64,000 nucleotides of DNA from an uncultured Spirochaetota bacterium (lineage in GTDB: Bacteria; Spirochaetota; Brevinematia; Brevinematales; JAOACQ01): the NCBI GenBank assembly GCA_963783575.1, contig CAWAOD010000005.1, positions 512,001 through 576,000 of the forward strand, read 5' to 3'. A program made the position numbers and the translations under genes. The notes below the pieces were generated by a model, which was given only the letters and a program-made list of their open reading frames with translations, did not search any database and was not told the origin of the DNA. Within the stretch, counting starts at the first letter, position 1, and each line of letters starts with the position of its first letter. Below, in pieces: positions 17,545 to 28,563 of this stretch.

Positions 17545-20454
17545 ATGAAGAAGTTTCTTATTGTAATTATAATTATATTTATGCCTTTAATCTGCTTAAG
17601 CCAAGCGGTAAAATCAAAATCAGGCCTTTTAAATGCCTTGAGGCTTCCCGATAAAAATATACAGATTGAAAATTCAAAGATTAAGATAGTAATATCACCA
17701 AAATATGGAGGAAGAATAGTCTCAGTAATAAATAAAGCTAGCGATGAAGAAATTTTACAAGCCTTTCAAACAAACAACCCCGATGAAACCGGCGCATTTA
17801 ACGATATATTTAATCTTGCCTGGCCGGGCTGTGCCGAAGAAAATTATAATTATAAGAATATCAATCTCAGCAAGGAAGAAGACAGAATTACCCTTGAAAT
17901 GACTTATAATCTTGGAGATTCAATTAAGGAAAAAACCGGCATTATAATAAATAAAAATATTTCACTGGATTATTTTTCAACCTCTGTTCACTTGAATATT
18001 GAATGCCAGAATAATTCTTCCAAATCACTTGGCATAATGTATTGGAATCAATCAAAGGCTGCCCTGGGTAAAGATAATTACGGGGCAAAATCAATCTGGC
18101 TTCCCACAGGCAATGATGTAATTGAAATACCTTATTCTCCGAATAGCGGAAGCCATGGGAATTTACTGAAGCCGTCAAAAGGTTTTATCGGTTTAACTGC
18201 TGTTGATGCAAAATCATCAATATTATGGCTTTTTAATGCGGAATTAATAAACTCATTCGACACTTTTCATAATAATGGACAAATATCCTGCGATCTGGTA
18301 TTTAATCCTGTTACAATAGAACCTCATAAGTCCGTATCTTATGACATGGATATGGTTATACTCCCCGAAATGCGGCAGATTACCGGGGGAAACAATAAAA
18401 GCGGGTTTGCCGGAAGTTTGATACCGCAATTAAAGAATGGTAAATATTCAATTGAATGTACTATATATAAATATTCAAAAAATGACGCTTCCGCTCTTAA
18501 TTTGACGGTTGATCTGCTGGATAATTCAAATACCGTTGTTCTTCATCTTACAAACACCGATCTTGAATCCATACATCCCGAGGAAGCCACCAATATCATT
18601 ATTGTTCTGGATTCCCTTCCGAAATCAAAAACCCCTAATTTCAATTTAATGATGAAGCTATTAAGCTCAGACGGTAAAGAGCAGCTTATATCTGAAAGAA
18701 GAATTATAAATACAAATATGAATATAAATCCGGTTATGATTACAAATATGAATACGAATATAATAACGAATATTAATATAATAACAAATAAGAATAAGAA
18801 TAAAATTAAGAATATTATTACAAATATAATTATGAATACAAATATAATTACGAATAGGAATATTATTACGAATACGGATATGAATATTTCCGACAATACA
18901 AATAATCTGACAATAAATTTTATGTGGGTTTTACACCAGCCCTTGTACCCGAACATAGATGACAGCAGGAAAAATCTTGAATCTTACGCTGCAACATATA
19001 GCAATATCGCTGCAATTTATGAAAAACATCCGGGTATAAAATCCGATATTTCAATCAGCGGTGTGCTTATATATCAATTGTTACAATTTTATCCCGATCT
19101 GCTGGAAAAATTTAAAAATCTTATAAATAGTAATAAAACATTAAACTTACTGGCAACTGGCTTCAGTAATCCTCTGATGCCGTATATTTCTAAAGATGAG
19201 ATTTCTTATCAAATTAAACTTGACAGGGATCTTAAGATGCTTATGTTCGGTATTAAACCATTCGGGATATACATGCCGGAACTGGCATTTGAGAATGGTT
19301 TCTTTGAACCAATTTTAAAGAATGATATAACCTGGGGTTATTTCAGTGATCTTGCAATTAATACGGGATATAAAGGTGTCCCGGATATGGACTATTATAT
19401 GCCATCACGTGTTGTAAGCTCCGGTTTCGGAATGAACGCGCTCATACGCAATGACAAAGCGGCTAATATATTAATGAAGGGCACGGATCAGGCAATTGAT
19501 GAGTTTATAAAGTACTTAATTGATATTCAAAGCGGTAATAAGGAAGGGAAAAAAGTACTGGTAGTGGCAAATAACGCAGAATTATTCGGCACTTCAGATT
19601 TTATGGACAGGTTATTTACAAGACTGGAAAAAATAAAATGGTTGAAATTCAGCCAGGGAGATGATATTTTCAGAAATGTTATTCCTTCGCAAACATTTCT
19701 TGCTGAAAAAGTTGATGGAAGCTGGTATTATGATTTTGAAAATAAAGGCACCGGTTTTAGGCCCTGGACCGACACGCCTGAAAAAATGAGTATACTTAAT
19801 GATATAACCGATGCTGAAGCAATGTTTATGAGAAACAATGAAAAAATCCAGCTTGCTAAAGACAATTATACTGAATTGGATTTCTCATATCCCAAAAACA
19901 TTTTTGAAGACGGGCAGATAAGCCTGATAATAGCTGAACAATCCGATTGGCTGAAAAGCGGAGAAGAAAAAAAAATTAAGATAGCTTCAACTGAATTATC
20001 CAACGCAAGATTATTCACTTCAGGGATATATGATAGCTTAATAAATATCATTAAAAAAAATAAGATGACTTTGCCTTCTGTCAAAGATATAGGAAAGAAG
20101 ATGGATCCCAATGAAGCTGATAGAATAAGGAATAAAGCGCCTGCAGGTAAATTTCAGATTTGGGAAAAAACTGTTGAACCGCCGGTTCTAACTTCCATTT
20201 CATCGGTTAATATACGATTCCGAATTTTTGATAAGATAAACGGCATTGATTATAATAATGTTTACATTATTTTTAATATCAACGACTCGGAAGAATATTA
20301 TCAGGTTAAAGCCAAATTGGTCTTTGATGGTTCAATGAAAGCAAATCTGGGCAATTCAAAGATTGGTGATGAAATTATTTACTATATCTATGCTAAAGAT
20401 AAGAAAGGTAATGAATCTATTTCAGAAAAAAGCAGTTTTATGATAGAAAAGTAA
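17545..20454 (+). CDS. Secreted GH57-like protein with N-terminal aldose-epimerase-like supersandwich and N/I/T-rich linker
   Basis: Signal peptide; IENSKIKIVISPKYGGRIVS; GH57 regions WVLHQP, GIYMPELAF, NNAELFG, AEQSDW. Confidence 0.72.
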   Translation: MKKFLIVIIIIFMPLICLSQAVKSKSGLLNALRLPDKNIQIENSKIKIVISPKYGGRIVSVINKASDEEILQAFQTNNPDETGAFNDIFNLAWPGCAEENYNYKNINLSKEEDRITLEMTYNLGDSIKEKTGIIINKNISLDYFSTSVHLNIECQNNSSKSLGIMYWNQSKAALGKDNYGAKSIWLPTGNDVIEIPYSPNSGSHGNLLKPSKGFIGLTAVDAKSSILWLFNAELINSFDTFHNNGQISCDLVFNPVTIEPHKSVSYDMDMVILPEMRQITGGNNKSGFAGSLIPQLKNGKYSIECTIYKYSKNDASALNLTVDLLDNSNTVVLHLTNTDLESIHPEEATNIIIVLDSLPKSKTPNFNLMMKLLSSDGKEQLISERRIINTNMNINPVMITNMNTNIITNINIITNKNKNKIKNIITNIIMNTNIITNRNIITNTDMNISDNTNNLTINFMWVLHQPLYPNIDDSRKNLESYAATYSNIAAIYEKHPGIKSDISISGVLIYQLLQFYPDLLEKFKNLINSNKTLNLLATGFSNPLMPYISKDEISYQIKLDRDLKMLMFGIKPFGIYMPELAFENGFFEPILKNDITWGYFSDLAINTGYKGVPDMDYYMPSRVVSSGFGMNALIRNDKAANILMKGTDQAIDEFIKYLIDIQSGNKEGKKVLVVANNAELFGTSDFMDRLFTRLEKIKWLKFSQGDDIFRNVIPSQTFLAEKVDGSWYYDFENKGTGFRPWTDTPEKMSILNDITDAEAMFMRNNEKIQLAKDNYTELDFSYPKNIFEDGQISLIIAEQSDWLKSGEEKKIKIASTELSNARLFTSGIYDSLINIIKKNKMTLPSVKDIGKKMDPNEADRIRNKAPAGKFQIWEKTVEPPVLTSISSVNIRFRIFDKINGIDYNNVYIIFNINDSEEYYQVKAKLVFDGSMKANLGNSKIGDEIIYYIYAKDKKGNESISEKSSFMIEK
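18703..18918 (+). repeat. Imperfect 18-bp coding repeat giving an Asn/Ile/Thr low-complexity linker
   Basis: Units such as AATATAATAACGAATATT, AATATAATAACAAATAAG, AATATTATTACAAATATA, AATATAATTACGAATAGG encoding NIITNx. Confidence 0.8.
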
Positions 20455-20465
20455 TTTATTATCCA

Positions 20466-20494
20466 TTGACAAATTTTTGATTCTGATTTAGAGT
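20466..20494 (+). promoter_or_regulatory. Putative sigma70 promoter
   Basis: TTGACA-N17-TAGAGT. Confidence 0.55.
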
Positions 20495-20529
20495 AATGCG
20501 GAAGTTTTTTAATAATATGGAGGTTTTTA

Positions 20530-21087
20530 ATGGCAGATAATTTAAAGCAGATCGCTCAAAGGATTAAGGAATTGCGTGATATCAATGGTGTTTCAATTGA
20601 AACGCTTTCAAGTGAATTCAACATTCCCATAGAACTTTATAAAAAGTATGAAAGCGGAAACGTTGACATTCCTATTGGTTTTTTATATCAGCTTTCCAAC
20701 CATTTTGATATAGAGCTGACAGCCCTAATCACAGGTGAAGAACCGAGGCTTCGTGTTTACAGTGTAGTCAGAAAAAACAAGGGTCTATCGGTCGAAAGAA
20801 GAAAAGAATATAAATATCAGGATCTGGCATACAATTTTATCAATAAAAAAGCTGAAACATTTTTAGTTACTGTTGATCCCAAGGATGTTTCCGGTTCAAA
20901 AAACTATTATTCTCATAACGGGCAAGAGTTTAATTTTGTCATAGAAGGATCATTAAAGGTTATGATTGAGGATCATGAAGTTATTCTGAAAGAGGGTGAT
21001 TCTCTTTATTTTGATTCAACACATAAGCATGCAATGGCGGCTTTAAATGATAAAACAGCAAGATTTATTGCAATAATAATAAAATAA
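20530..21087 (+). CDS. XRE-family HTH + cupin transcriptional regulator
   Basis: IAQRIKELR..YESGNVDIPIG; HNGQEFNFVIEG..EGDSLYFDSTHKH; typical partner of the downstream acyl-CoA synthetase. Confidence 0.92.
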   Translation: MADNLKQIAQRIKELRDINGVSIETLSSEFNIPIELYKKYESGNVDIPIGFLYQLSNHFDIELTALITGEEPRLRVYSVVRKNKGLSVERRKEYKYQDLAYNFINKKAETFLVTVDPKDVSGSKNYYSHNGQEFNFVIEGSLKVMIEDHEVILKEGDSLYFDSTHKHAMAALNDKTARFIAIIIK

Positions 21088-21102
21088 TGGAGAGGTGCGG
21101 TT

Positions 21103-22754
21103 ATGTTACAAAAATATGTTAAGGATAATTTTAATTCTTATGATGATTTTATTAAGAACTTATCAATAAAAGTTCCGGATAATTTCAATTTTGCATATGA
21201 TATTGTCGATGCCTGGGCCGATAAGGAACCGGATAAAAAAGCTCTTGTATGGTGCGATGATAGTGGAAGAAACGCTGAATTCACTTTTAAAGATATAAAA
21301 ATATTCAGTAATAAGGCCGCGAATTTCTTCAAATCGCTTGGTATAAAAAAGGGCGATCCGGTTATGCTGATTCTGAAAAGACATTATGAATTCTGGTTTT
21401 GTATAATTGCACTGCATAAAATTGGAGCAGTCTGTATTCCGGCGACACACCTTTTGACAAAAAAAGATTTGATATACAGAAATAATGCTGCAGATATTAA
21501 AATGATAGTTTCCGTTTCAGAAAAAGATGTTCTTGATAAGATCGATGAATCACAAGGATCTTCACCGACATTAAAATTGAAAGTTGTTGTCGGTACAAAG
21601 AGGGACGGCTGGCATAATTTTGAAGATGGTATTGAAAAAGCTCCGGATAAATTTGAAAGGCCCGCCGGGATGGAATCAACTGTTAACAGCGATATGATGC
21701 TTCTGTATTTTACTTCCGGGACGACAGGGATGCCGAAAATGGTGCAACATAATTATACATATCCTCTTGGACATATTATTACTTCAAGATTCTGGCAAAA
21801 TATTAAGGAAAACGGACTTCACCTGACTGTGTCCGATACTGGCTGGGCTAAAGCTGTCTGGGGAAAGCTTTACGGACAATGGATCTGCGGGTGCGCTATT
21901 TTTGTTTATGATTATGATAAATTTATACCAAAAGATTTACTTAATGTTATTTCAAAATATGAAGTAACATCTTTCTGTGCGCCGCCGACTATTTACCGTT
22001 ATTTAATTAAAGAGGATCTTACCAAATATAATTTTAAGGCGTTAAAATACTGTAGTGTCGCAGGCGAACCGCTGAATCCGGAAGTATACAGCCAGTTTTT
22101 AAAATTAACCGGTATAAAATTAATGGAGGGATACGGTCAGACAGAAGCTGTTGTGATGGTTGCAACTTTTCCTGGATGACGCCGAAACCCGGTTCGATGG
22201 GAAAACCTTCTCCGGGATATGATATTGATATTGTCAATGAAGATGCAAAAACCTGTGAAATTGGTGAGGAAGGGCAGATAGTAATCCGGACGAATAAGGC
22301 AAAACCGTGCGGTATGTTTGACGGTTATTACAGGGACAAAGCGCTTACCAGTAAAGTTTGGCATGACGGATTGTATTACACCGGAGATATGGCCTGGAGG
22401 GATGAAGACGGCTATTTCTGGTTTGTCGGAAGGGCTGATGACGTTATTAAAAGTTCAGGCTACAGAATAGGTCCATTTGAAGTAGAAAGCGCACTGCTTG
22501 AACATCCGGCGGTTCTTGAATGTGCTATTACGGCAGTACCTGATCCGGATCGCGGCCAGGTAGTAAAAGCAACCGTTGTTTTATCCAAAGGTTATACTGC
22601 CAGCGATGATTTAAAGACAGAACTTCAGGAGCATGTTAAAACAGTGACTGCGCCTTATAAATATCCAAGGATAATAGAATTTATTAATGAACTTCCGAAA
22701 ACAATCAGCGGTAAAATCCGCAGGGTCGAGATCAGAGAAAAAGACGGAGAGTAA
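21103..22754 (+). pseudogene. Short/medium-chain acyl-CoA synthetase, split by a 1-nt frameshift (possibly a sequencing error)
   Basis: [50 protein letters not shown]; adding one base at 22171-22172 restores [14 protein letters not shown]. Confidence 0.85.
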
Positions 22755-22776
22755 AATAATTCAAGCTTATCTTATA

Positions 22777-22815
22777 AAAGGGGCTGTTCTGTAATAGGAT
22801 CAGCCCATTTTTTTT
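22777..22815. terminator. Probable bidirectional intrinsic terminator
   Basis: AAAA-GGGCTG...CAGCCC-ATTTTTTTT between convergent genes. Confidence 0.6.
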
Positions 22816-23894
22816 AAAATAAAATCGGCAATCTTTTTTTCCGGGCATTCATGAAAATTAAATGATTTCAATTTTTGTATATTATTTGACATGCTTTCAT
22901 GATTTATTATAATAAAATCTATGGTTTTTATAAGATTCTGTTTATTCAAATCATCTTCTTCTATAATAAAACCTGCATTTTCATCTGATAAAAACCTTGC
23001 GTTTAAATATTGATGGTCATCGGGAGAATTTTTTATTGGTACCATTATCGCGATGATCTCAAATTTAATGAATTCAGATATAGAAGTTGCTCCTGCACGG
23101 GAAATGATCAGATCAACTGCGGAATAAAAATAATCCATTTTTTCAATAAATTGAAATAACTTAACATTTTGATATAATTCAGATATTTCTTTTATTTTTC
23201 CGTTTTCTTCCATTCTTTTATAATCAACGGAACCGAGACTCCAGAGTACACCAGTATTATTTTCAATAAACCAGGGCAGTAATTCTAAAATTATATTGTT
23301 GATTACCTTTGATCCCTGGCTGCCGCCAATTATCCCAATAATATTTTCATAATTATCGATATTGAAATATCTTCGCGCTTTTTTTTTATCTAATTTCTCA
23401 TTGAATATTGAAGGATTCCCGGTTAAAACAGCTTTATTATCCGGGATTTTTTTTGTTATTGGAAATGCCGTAAAAACTTTCTCTGCGAATCGTGCATAAA
23501 AACGGTTAGTTATCCCTGAAACACTATTTTGTTCAACAATATAAAGCGGTTTTCCAAGAAGAATTGATGAAAGGGCGATTGGGTTCGAAATGTAGCCGCC
23601 TGTGATTATTGTTACATCTGGATTAAAATCCTTTATTATCTTGAAAACCTTAAAGAATGACAATAGTATTTTTACCAAATAGAAAGGTGTTTTAAAAGAT
23701 ATTTTTCTGGAAATATTCTTTACATCAAGGAGAACTCTATCAGTTTCTTCAACATTTGAAGTTACAGGATATTTAAGATCGAAAGTGCTCATAACATAGT
23801 GTGTTTGAATATCCCTGTTTTTTAGTTCTTTATAAATTGCAATACCCGGAATCAAGTGTCCACCGGTTCTTCCACCGCTTACAATAATTTTCAT
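22800..23894 (-). CDS. murG: UDP-GlcNAc:lipid I N-acetylglucosaminyltransferase MurG
   Basis: GGRTGGHLIP, TGGYIS, EQNSVSG, TGNP, GGSQGS, ISRAGATS, HQYLNA. Confidence 0.93.
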   Translation of the reverse strand: MKIIVSGGRTGGHLIPGIAIYKELKNRDIQTHYVMSTFDLKYPVTSNVEETDRVLLDVKNISRKISFKTPFYLVKILLSFFKVFKIIKDFNPDVTIITGGYISNPIALSSILLGKPLYIVEQNSVSGITNRFYARFAEKVFTAFPITKKIPDNKAVLTGNPSIFNEKLDKKKARRYFNIDNYENIIGIIGGSQGSKVINNIILELLPWFIENNTGVLWSLGSVDYKRMEENGKIKEISELYQNVKLFQFIEKMDYFYSAVDLIISRAGATSISEFIKFEIIAIMVPIKNSPDDHQYLNARFLSDENAGFIIEEDDLNKQNLIKTIDFIIINHESMSNNIQKLKSFNFHECPEKKIADFILKKMG

Positions 23895-23907
23895 TACCCG
23901 ATCCTAA

Positions 23908-24951
23908 TTAGAAAGAAACCGGTTCAATAAATCGCTTGTTTTTATTTAATTCTCTTTTTTTTTCATCCCAATTTTTGACCGCATCAATCATCCGCATCGT
24001 CTCAACACCATCCGCAAGGGTTACTTTTGGTTTTTTTATACCCCGGATAGCCTGAGCGAAGTCTTCAAATTCTTTAAGATAAGATTCATATCCTGAGAAA
24101 AGTTGTTCAAGGAAAAATTTTTCTCTCCTTTTCTCAATAATTTTGCCTTTATTATCAACAGCTTTTATCCAATGAGGTGTTTTTTGAGGATCAAGATAAA
24201 TAATTCCCTTGGTTCCTATAACTCTCATTTTCCATGAAAAAATCATATGCCTCCAGCTAGCTCTTATTTCGCTTTCTACTCCAACATCGGAATGTCCCCT
24301 GACAATGACTTTATCCGGGACTGTTTTGTTTCCCTTTTCCAGTATTATCTCCCTTATTGAATGAAAATTTCCTCCGAACATTCCTGCGGTATAAACCAGA
24401 TGTGCGAAATGATCGTATAAAACCCCGCCGGAATAAGAATCAAACTGATGTTTTGATACATTATTCCACAAATAGATATTAATATCAAAATGATTTTGAA
24501 TTTTTTGAATCTCTCCGATTTTTCCCGATCTAACGATATCAAGCGCCCATTCAAGGCAGGGTGAATAAGCATAATTATGAGCGGGCAGCACAATAAGATT
24601 TCCGGCATTTTTCTCGATATCAAGCGCTTCTTTATAATTTGATGTCAAAGGCTTTTCACAAAGTACATGCTTCCCGGCAACGAATGCTTTAAGCATCATT
24701 TTGTGGTGCAAATGGGGTGGAGTCGCAATGTATAAAGCTTCAACTTCATCATCTTTTAAAAGAGCGTCATAGTCGCTGTAAATTTTATCAACTTTAACCG
24801 TTTTTTTAAACATTTTGAGTCTTTTTTCATTATTGTCACAAATTGCTAATAGTTTTATACCTTTTGCTTTTTTAAGAGCAGTAAGAGAAAACATAGATAC
24901 CAATTTACCACATCCGACAATTGCAAGCTTAATATCCTGGTTGTTGGTCAT
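23908..24951 (-). CDS. Gfo/Idh/MocA-family oxidoreductase
   Basis: AIVGCG, YIATPPHLH, GKHVLCEKP, GGVLYDHFAH. Confidence 0.92.
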   Translation of the reverse strand: MTNNQDIKLAIVGCGKLVSMFSLTALKKAKGIKLLAICDNNEKRLKMFKKTVKVDKIYSDYDALLKDDEVEALYIATPPHLHHKMMLKAFVAGKHVLCEKPLTSNYKEALDIEKNAGNLIVLPAHNYAYSPCLEWALDIVRSGKIGEIQKIQNHFDINIYLWNNVSKHQFDSYSGGVLYDHFAHLVYTAGMFGGNFHSIREIILEKGNKTVPDKVIVRGHSDVGVESEIRASWRHMIFSWKMRVIGTKGIIYLDPQKTPHWIKAVDNKGKIIEKRREKFFLEQLFSGYESYLKEFEDFAQAIRGIKKPKVTLADGVETMRMIDAVKNWDEKKRELNKNKRFIEPVSF

Positions 24952-25112
24952 AATAAAAATCTCCTTTACATGATGCTAATATCATAATGCAAAAATAAAA
25001 TATGTCAAATACTCGTATGGGTTTGACAAGTTTACATCAGGTTTGACAGGGAAATCCAATGGTTCCTCTATTGCATGGATAATAACAAACGGCTGAATAG
25101 CCAAAATATATT

Positions 25113-27203
25113 TTATAAAGTCAATTTTATCATATTTAGATGCTGAAATCTAAAAGCTTTAGTAAAAGTTTGATTTACAGATAAACCTTCAAGATTATCT
25201 GGAATTTTTACATAAACTATAGATTTTCTTTTCGGATTAGCCACAGTTTTGATTTCAACATTATCCTTATTAATTTTAAAGACTTCAACATCACAGCCGG
25301 GGAAAATATGTCCCGTACTACCCGCTATCTCATAGTCATTTCCGGTTATAACCGATAGACACTTTGATTCATACGGTTTTAAATTTAAAATTTCAGTATG
25401 AAGATAAAATTTATCTTCCGCTCCATTATAATATATTCCCTCAGGCAATTGGATATTAATTTTATTTCGACCCAGATTTACTATAGCATAATATTTTTTA
25501 TTTTCAATTTCAAATGACATTTTATAAATATTCTGATATGGATTAACTCCACTTATTATCTGCAAAAGAGATTCTTTATTCTTCCATCGATAGACAGAAT
25601 CATCCTGGATAACCGATATGAAATTTTTTTCTTTTAGCGGAAATTGGGATAAATATAAATCCATTTCCTTATTATTATAATCATCAATATCATCCGATGT
25701 AAAAATTATTCCACCGAAAATTATGTTGATGAGAAATAACGTATGTCTTTGTTCTTCGTTCATAGAATTATTTGTATGCCTTATAATAATTGCATCGGGG
25801 TCATTTAAAAAAACATTTCCGTTCAACTGCCTTCTATTAATGGAACAGATCAAGGTATTGATAGTTGAAACTCTTTCTCGGTAATGGATAATTGTAGCAT
25901 CATTGTATTCCCAATCAAGGCTGACATCATTACCGATTCTGCAGTAATCCACCATTCCGAATGCCGGCCCGAGAGGAACACCGCAACCTAGTGTCAACCT
26001 ATTACCGCATATATCCTTTAAAAATTCCATAGCCTCTGTCATTATCTGTCCCCTTGTTTTATCTTCCCTGGGTAGAAGACAGACGGCATAAAGAAAATCC
26101 AGCTTAACAAGATCATAACCCCAATTGTTTATAACTGTTTGTAATACTTTTTTTAAATAATCACGAAATTCCAAATTATAGAAATCAAGAGCATAAAAAT
26201 CACCGCTCCACTTGTCGTTCATTCCTGCTAATACAGGTTTTCCGAGCCGGTCTTTCAACAGCCATTCCTTATGGTTTTTAAAAAGGTCTGATTTTTGCTC
26301 ACAAATGAAAGGAGCCAGCCATAATCCTGATTTATAGCCTGATTTTTTTATAATATCCGATAGATATTTCATACCTTTTGGGAATTTTTGACTGATAATT
26401 AGCCAGTCGCCTACAGATTCCTGATATCCGTCATCAATCTGGAAAATATCAATTGGGATATTTCTTTGTATGTAAGCATTAAGATTTTTCAAGATTATTT
26501 CTTCGGTTATTTTTGTAAAATGATTATACCAGCTAGTCCATCCTGATGAAGTTTTAACTGTAGGTTTTTTTATATTAAGAGCCATAAAATATTCTTTAAA
26601 AACATCGTTTTCACTGCCTTCGGTAATCAGAAGCTGAAAAGCTTTATATTCACGATTTATGCAAAGTCCTTTGCAATCTTTATGGATTGTCAGGATTTTA
26701 TTTAATATATCATATTGAAACTTAGTAAAACCTTTTTTTTCACTTAAAGAGCCAAGTAATGTGAAATGGCCACTCTCATTTCTAATATAAGTATATGTAA
26801 AAGAATGGAAGACGCCTTTTTTCTTTTTGTAGGTATGAAAATGATAGTCCCCGAATTTTGGAAGATGAAATTTATTATAGAGCGGCTTAAGGATTCTGGA
26901 TAAACCTGGAATCGTTTCATCGATTCTGAATTCCCGGCTGTCAGTCCAGCTCTGGTATCCGTTTAAAAATATCTTATCCGTATTATTTAAATCAATCTCA
27001 GATGATAGATAAAGATTTTGAATTATTATATTATTTTCAGGAATGATTGTTATTGTTATGGTATCCGTCTGATTTTTCCTTTCAGTTTCAGATTTAACTG
27101 TTATTCCATCATTCTTTGAAATGCCATCCAGGAGAAAATAAAATTCAAAATTTTTGCTGTTAAAATTATACAGAATTCTGCCTTGCATTTTTTTCATTAA
27201 CAT
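25113..27203 (-). CDS. GH36 alpha-galactosidase
   Basis: GWTSWY, FQIDDGYQ, GLWLAPF, LVKLDFLY, CRIGND. Confidence 0.88.
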   Translation of the reverse strand: MLMKKMQGRILYNFNSKNFEFYFLLDGISKNDGITVKSETERKNQTDTITITIIPENNIIIQNLYLSSEIDLNNTDKIFLNGYQSWTDSREFRIDETIPGLSRILKPLYNKFHLPKFGDYHFHTYKKKKGVFHSFTYTYIRNESGHFTLLGSLSEKKGFTKFQYDILNKILTIHKDCKGLCINREYKAFQLLITEGSENDVFKEYFMALNIKKPTVKTSSGWTSWYNHFTKITEEIILKNLNAYIQRNIPIDIFQIDDGYQESVGDWLIISQKFPKGMKYLSDIIKKSGYKSGLWLAPFICEQKSDLFKNHKEWLLKDRLGKPVLAGMNDKWSGDFYALDFYNLEFRDYLKKVLQTVINNWGYDLVKLDFLYAVCLLPREDKTRGQIMTEAMEFLKDICGNRLTLGCGVPLGPAFGMVDYCRIGNDVSLDWEYNDATIIHYRERVSTINTLICSINRRQLNGNVFLNDPDAIIIRHTNNSMNEEQRHTLFLINIIFGGIIFTSDDIDDYNNKEMDLYLSQFPLKEKNFISVIQDDSVYRWKNKESLLQIISGVNPYQNIYKMSFEIENKKYYAIVNLGRNKINIQLPEGIYYNGAEDKFYLHTEILNLKPYESKCLSVITGNDYEIAGSTGHIFPGCDVEVFKINKDNVEIKTVANPKRKSIVYVKIPDNLEGLSVNQTFTKAFRFQHLNMIKLTL

Positions 27204-27409
27204 TATCCTCTGTTTATATTATTAAATAATGAAATATTTTTAACATATATTGATGGTATTTAATTTATTATTATAAAATATTAATAGAATACTGGCAAAT
27301 TTCTAAATGATTGATTAACGATTGTATATTTAATATCATTGTTTTTCAATAAATAATGATATTTAAAATTAAGAATTTTCAAAATAATAGAATGGTGATG
27401 ATTGCTATA

Positions 27410-28468
27410 TTAATGGGGAGGCTTGGTTGATTCGCGGACAATCAGTTTGGTAGGCAGCAGCTTTGTTAATAAGTCGAATTCTTCATTATTAATTGATTTG
27501 ATGATATATTTTACACATTGTGAGGCCAATTCTCCCAGAGGTGATTTAACAGTAGTTAATGAAGGATGAATCCTCAGGCATAAATCAAGATCGTCGAAAC
27601 CTACAATACTTACCTCTTCCGGTACATTTATACCCTTCTCGTTCAATCCTTTTAATACTCCGAAAGCGATTGAATCATCGCCGCAAACAAAAGCAGTCGG
27701 ACGTTTTGGCAAAGCTAAAAAATGTTCAATGCTGGAGTAACCAGATTCAAACACATAACTGCCTTCGTAAACAAAATCGTTATTAACAGGTATGTTATTA
27801 TCTATTAATGCCTTTTTATACCCCTCCAGTTTATCATAGCCTATATCGTAATCCAGAGTTCCTGTAACATATGCAATATCCCTGTGTCCAGTTTCTATAA
27901 GATATTTAACTGCTTTATATGTTCCATAGAAATTGTCGATTAATACTGCAGGGATATGTTCGTATTTAATATGATTGTCAATCAAAACCATGGGCATAAA
28001 CCGGCTGATTTCCTTTAACACATGCTTATTTTCCGGGAAGCAGGTCGCTATTATACCGTCAACATTTCTTTCATCTTTCAGATTAACAATATTCTCAATA
28101 TTTGTTAACAGGATTATATGATATCCGTTTTTGTTGATTTCTTCACCGAGCTTTTTTAGGATTAATGAATAATATGGACTTGAGATGCCATCCGTTATCC
28201 TTTCGGCCAGATAAAAACCTATATTAAAGGTTTTTTTGTACCGCTGCCTAGGTTCGACTACAAAGGTTCCCTCTCTTTCGACATTACGGAGATATCCTTC
28301 GTTAACAAGTTCTTTAATAGCCTTACGCAGCGTCATGTATGATAAACCGAATTCCTTTGACAGAGCCCTGCCGCCCGGTAATTTTCCTTTGATTTTATTA
28401 TTCAGTATCATATCTTTTAATTCATTTTTAGCGCGAAGATATTTTATATTTCCGTCAGTTTGATCCAT
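27410..28468 (-). CDS. GntR-HTH / LacI sugar-binding-domain transcriptional regulator (AraR-like architecture)
   Basis: KLPGGRALSKEFGLSYMTLRKAIKELVNEGYL..GTFV; GHRDIA, VPEEVSIVGFDD, PSLTTV, LIVREST. Confidence 0.92.
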   Translation of the reverse strand: MDQTDGNIKYLRAKNELKDMILNNKIKGKLPGGRALSKEFGLSYMTLRKAIKELVNEGYLRNVEREGTFVVEPRQRYKKTFNIGFYLAERITDGISSPYYSLILKKLGEEINKNGYHIILLTNIENIVNLKDERNVDGIIATCFPENKHVLKEISRFMPMVLIDNHIKYEHIPAVLIDNFYGTYKAVKYLIETGHRDIAYVTGTLDYDIGYDKLEGYKKALIDNNIPVNNDFVYEGSYVFESGYSSIEHFLALPKRPTAFVCGDDSIAFGVLKGLNEKGINVPEEVSIVGFDDLDLCLRIHPSLTTVKSPLGELASQCVKYIIKSINNEEFDLLTKLLPTKLIVRESTKPPH

Positions 28469-28563
28469 TTCCGCCCCTTAAGCACTTACTTAACTTATTA
28501 TATATCAATACAATATTATTTTCAATATTTATTCCGTCTTGTTGCTTCTCTAAGAAATCCATT

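Noticed and set aside
22170..22182. TGA as selenocysteine or readthrough in the acyl-CoA synthetase
   Set aside because: The downstream half is in a different frame, so readthrough cannot restore the protein
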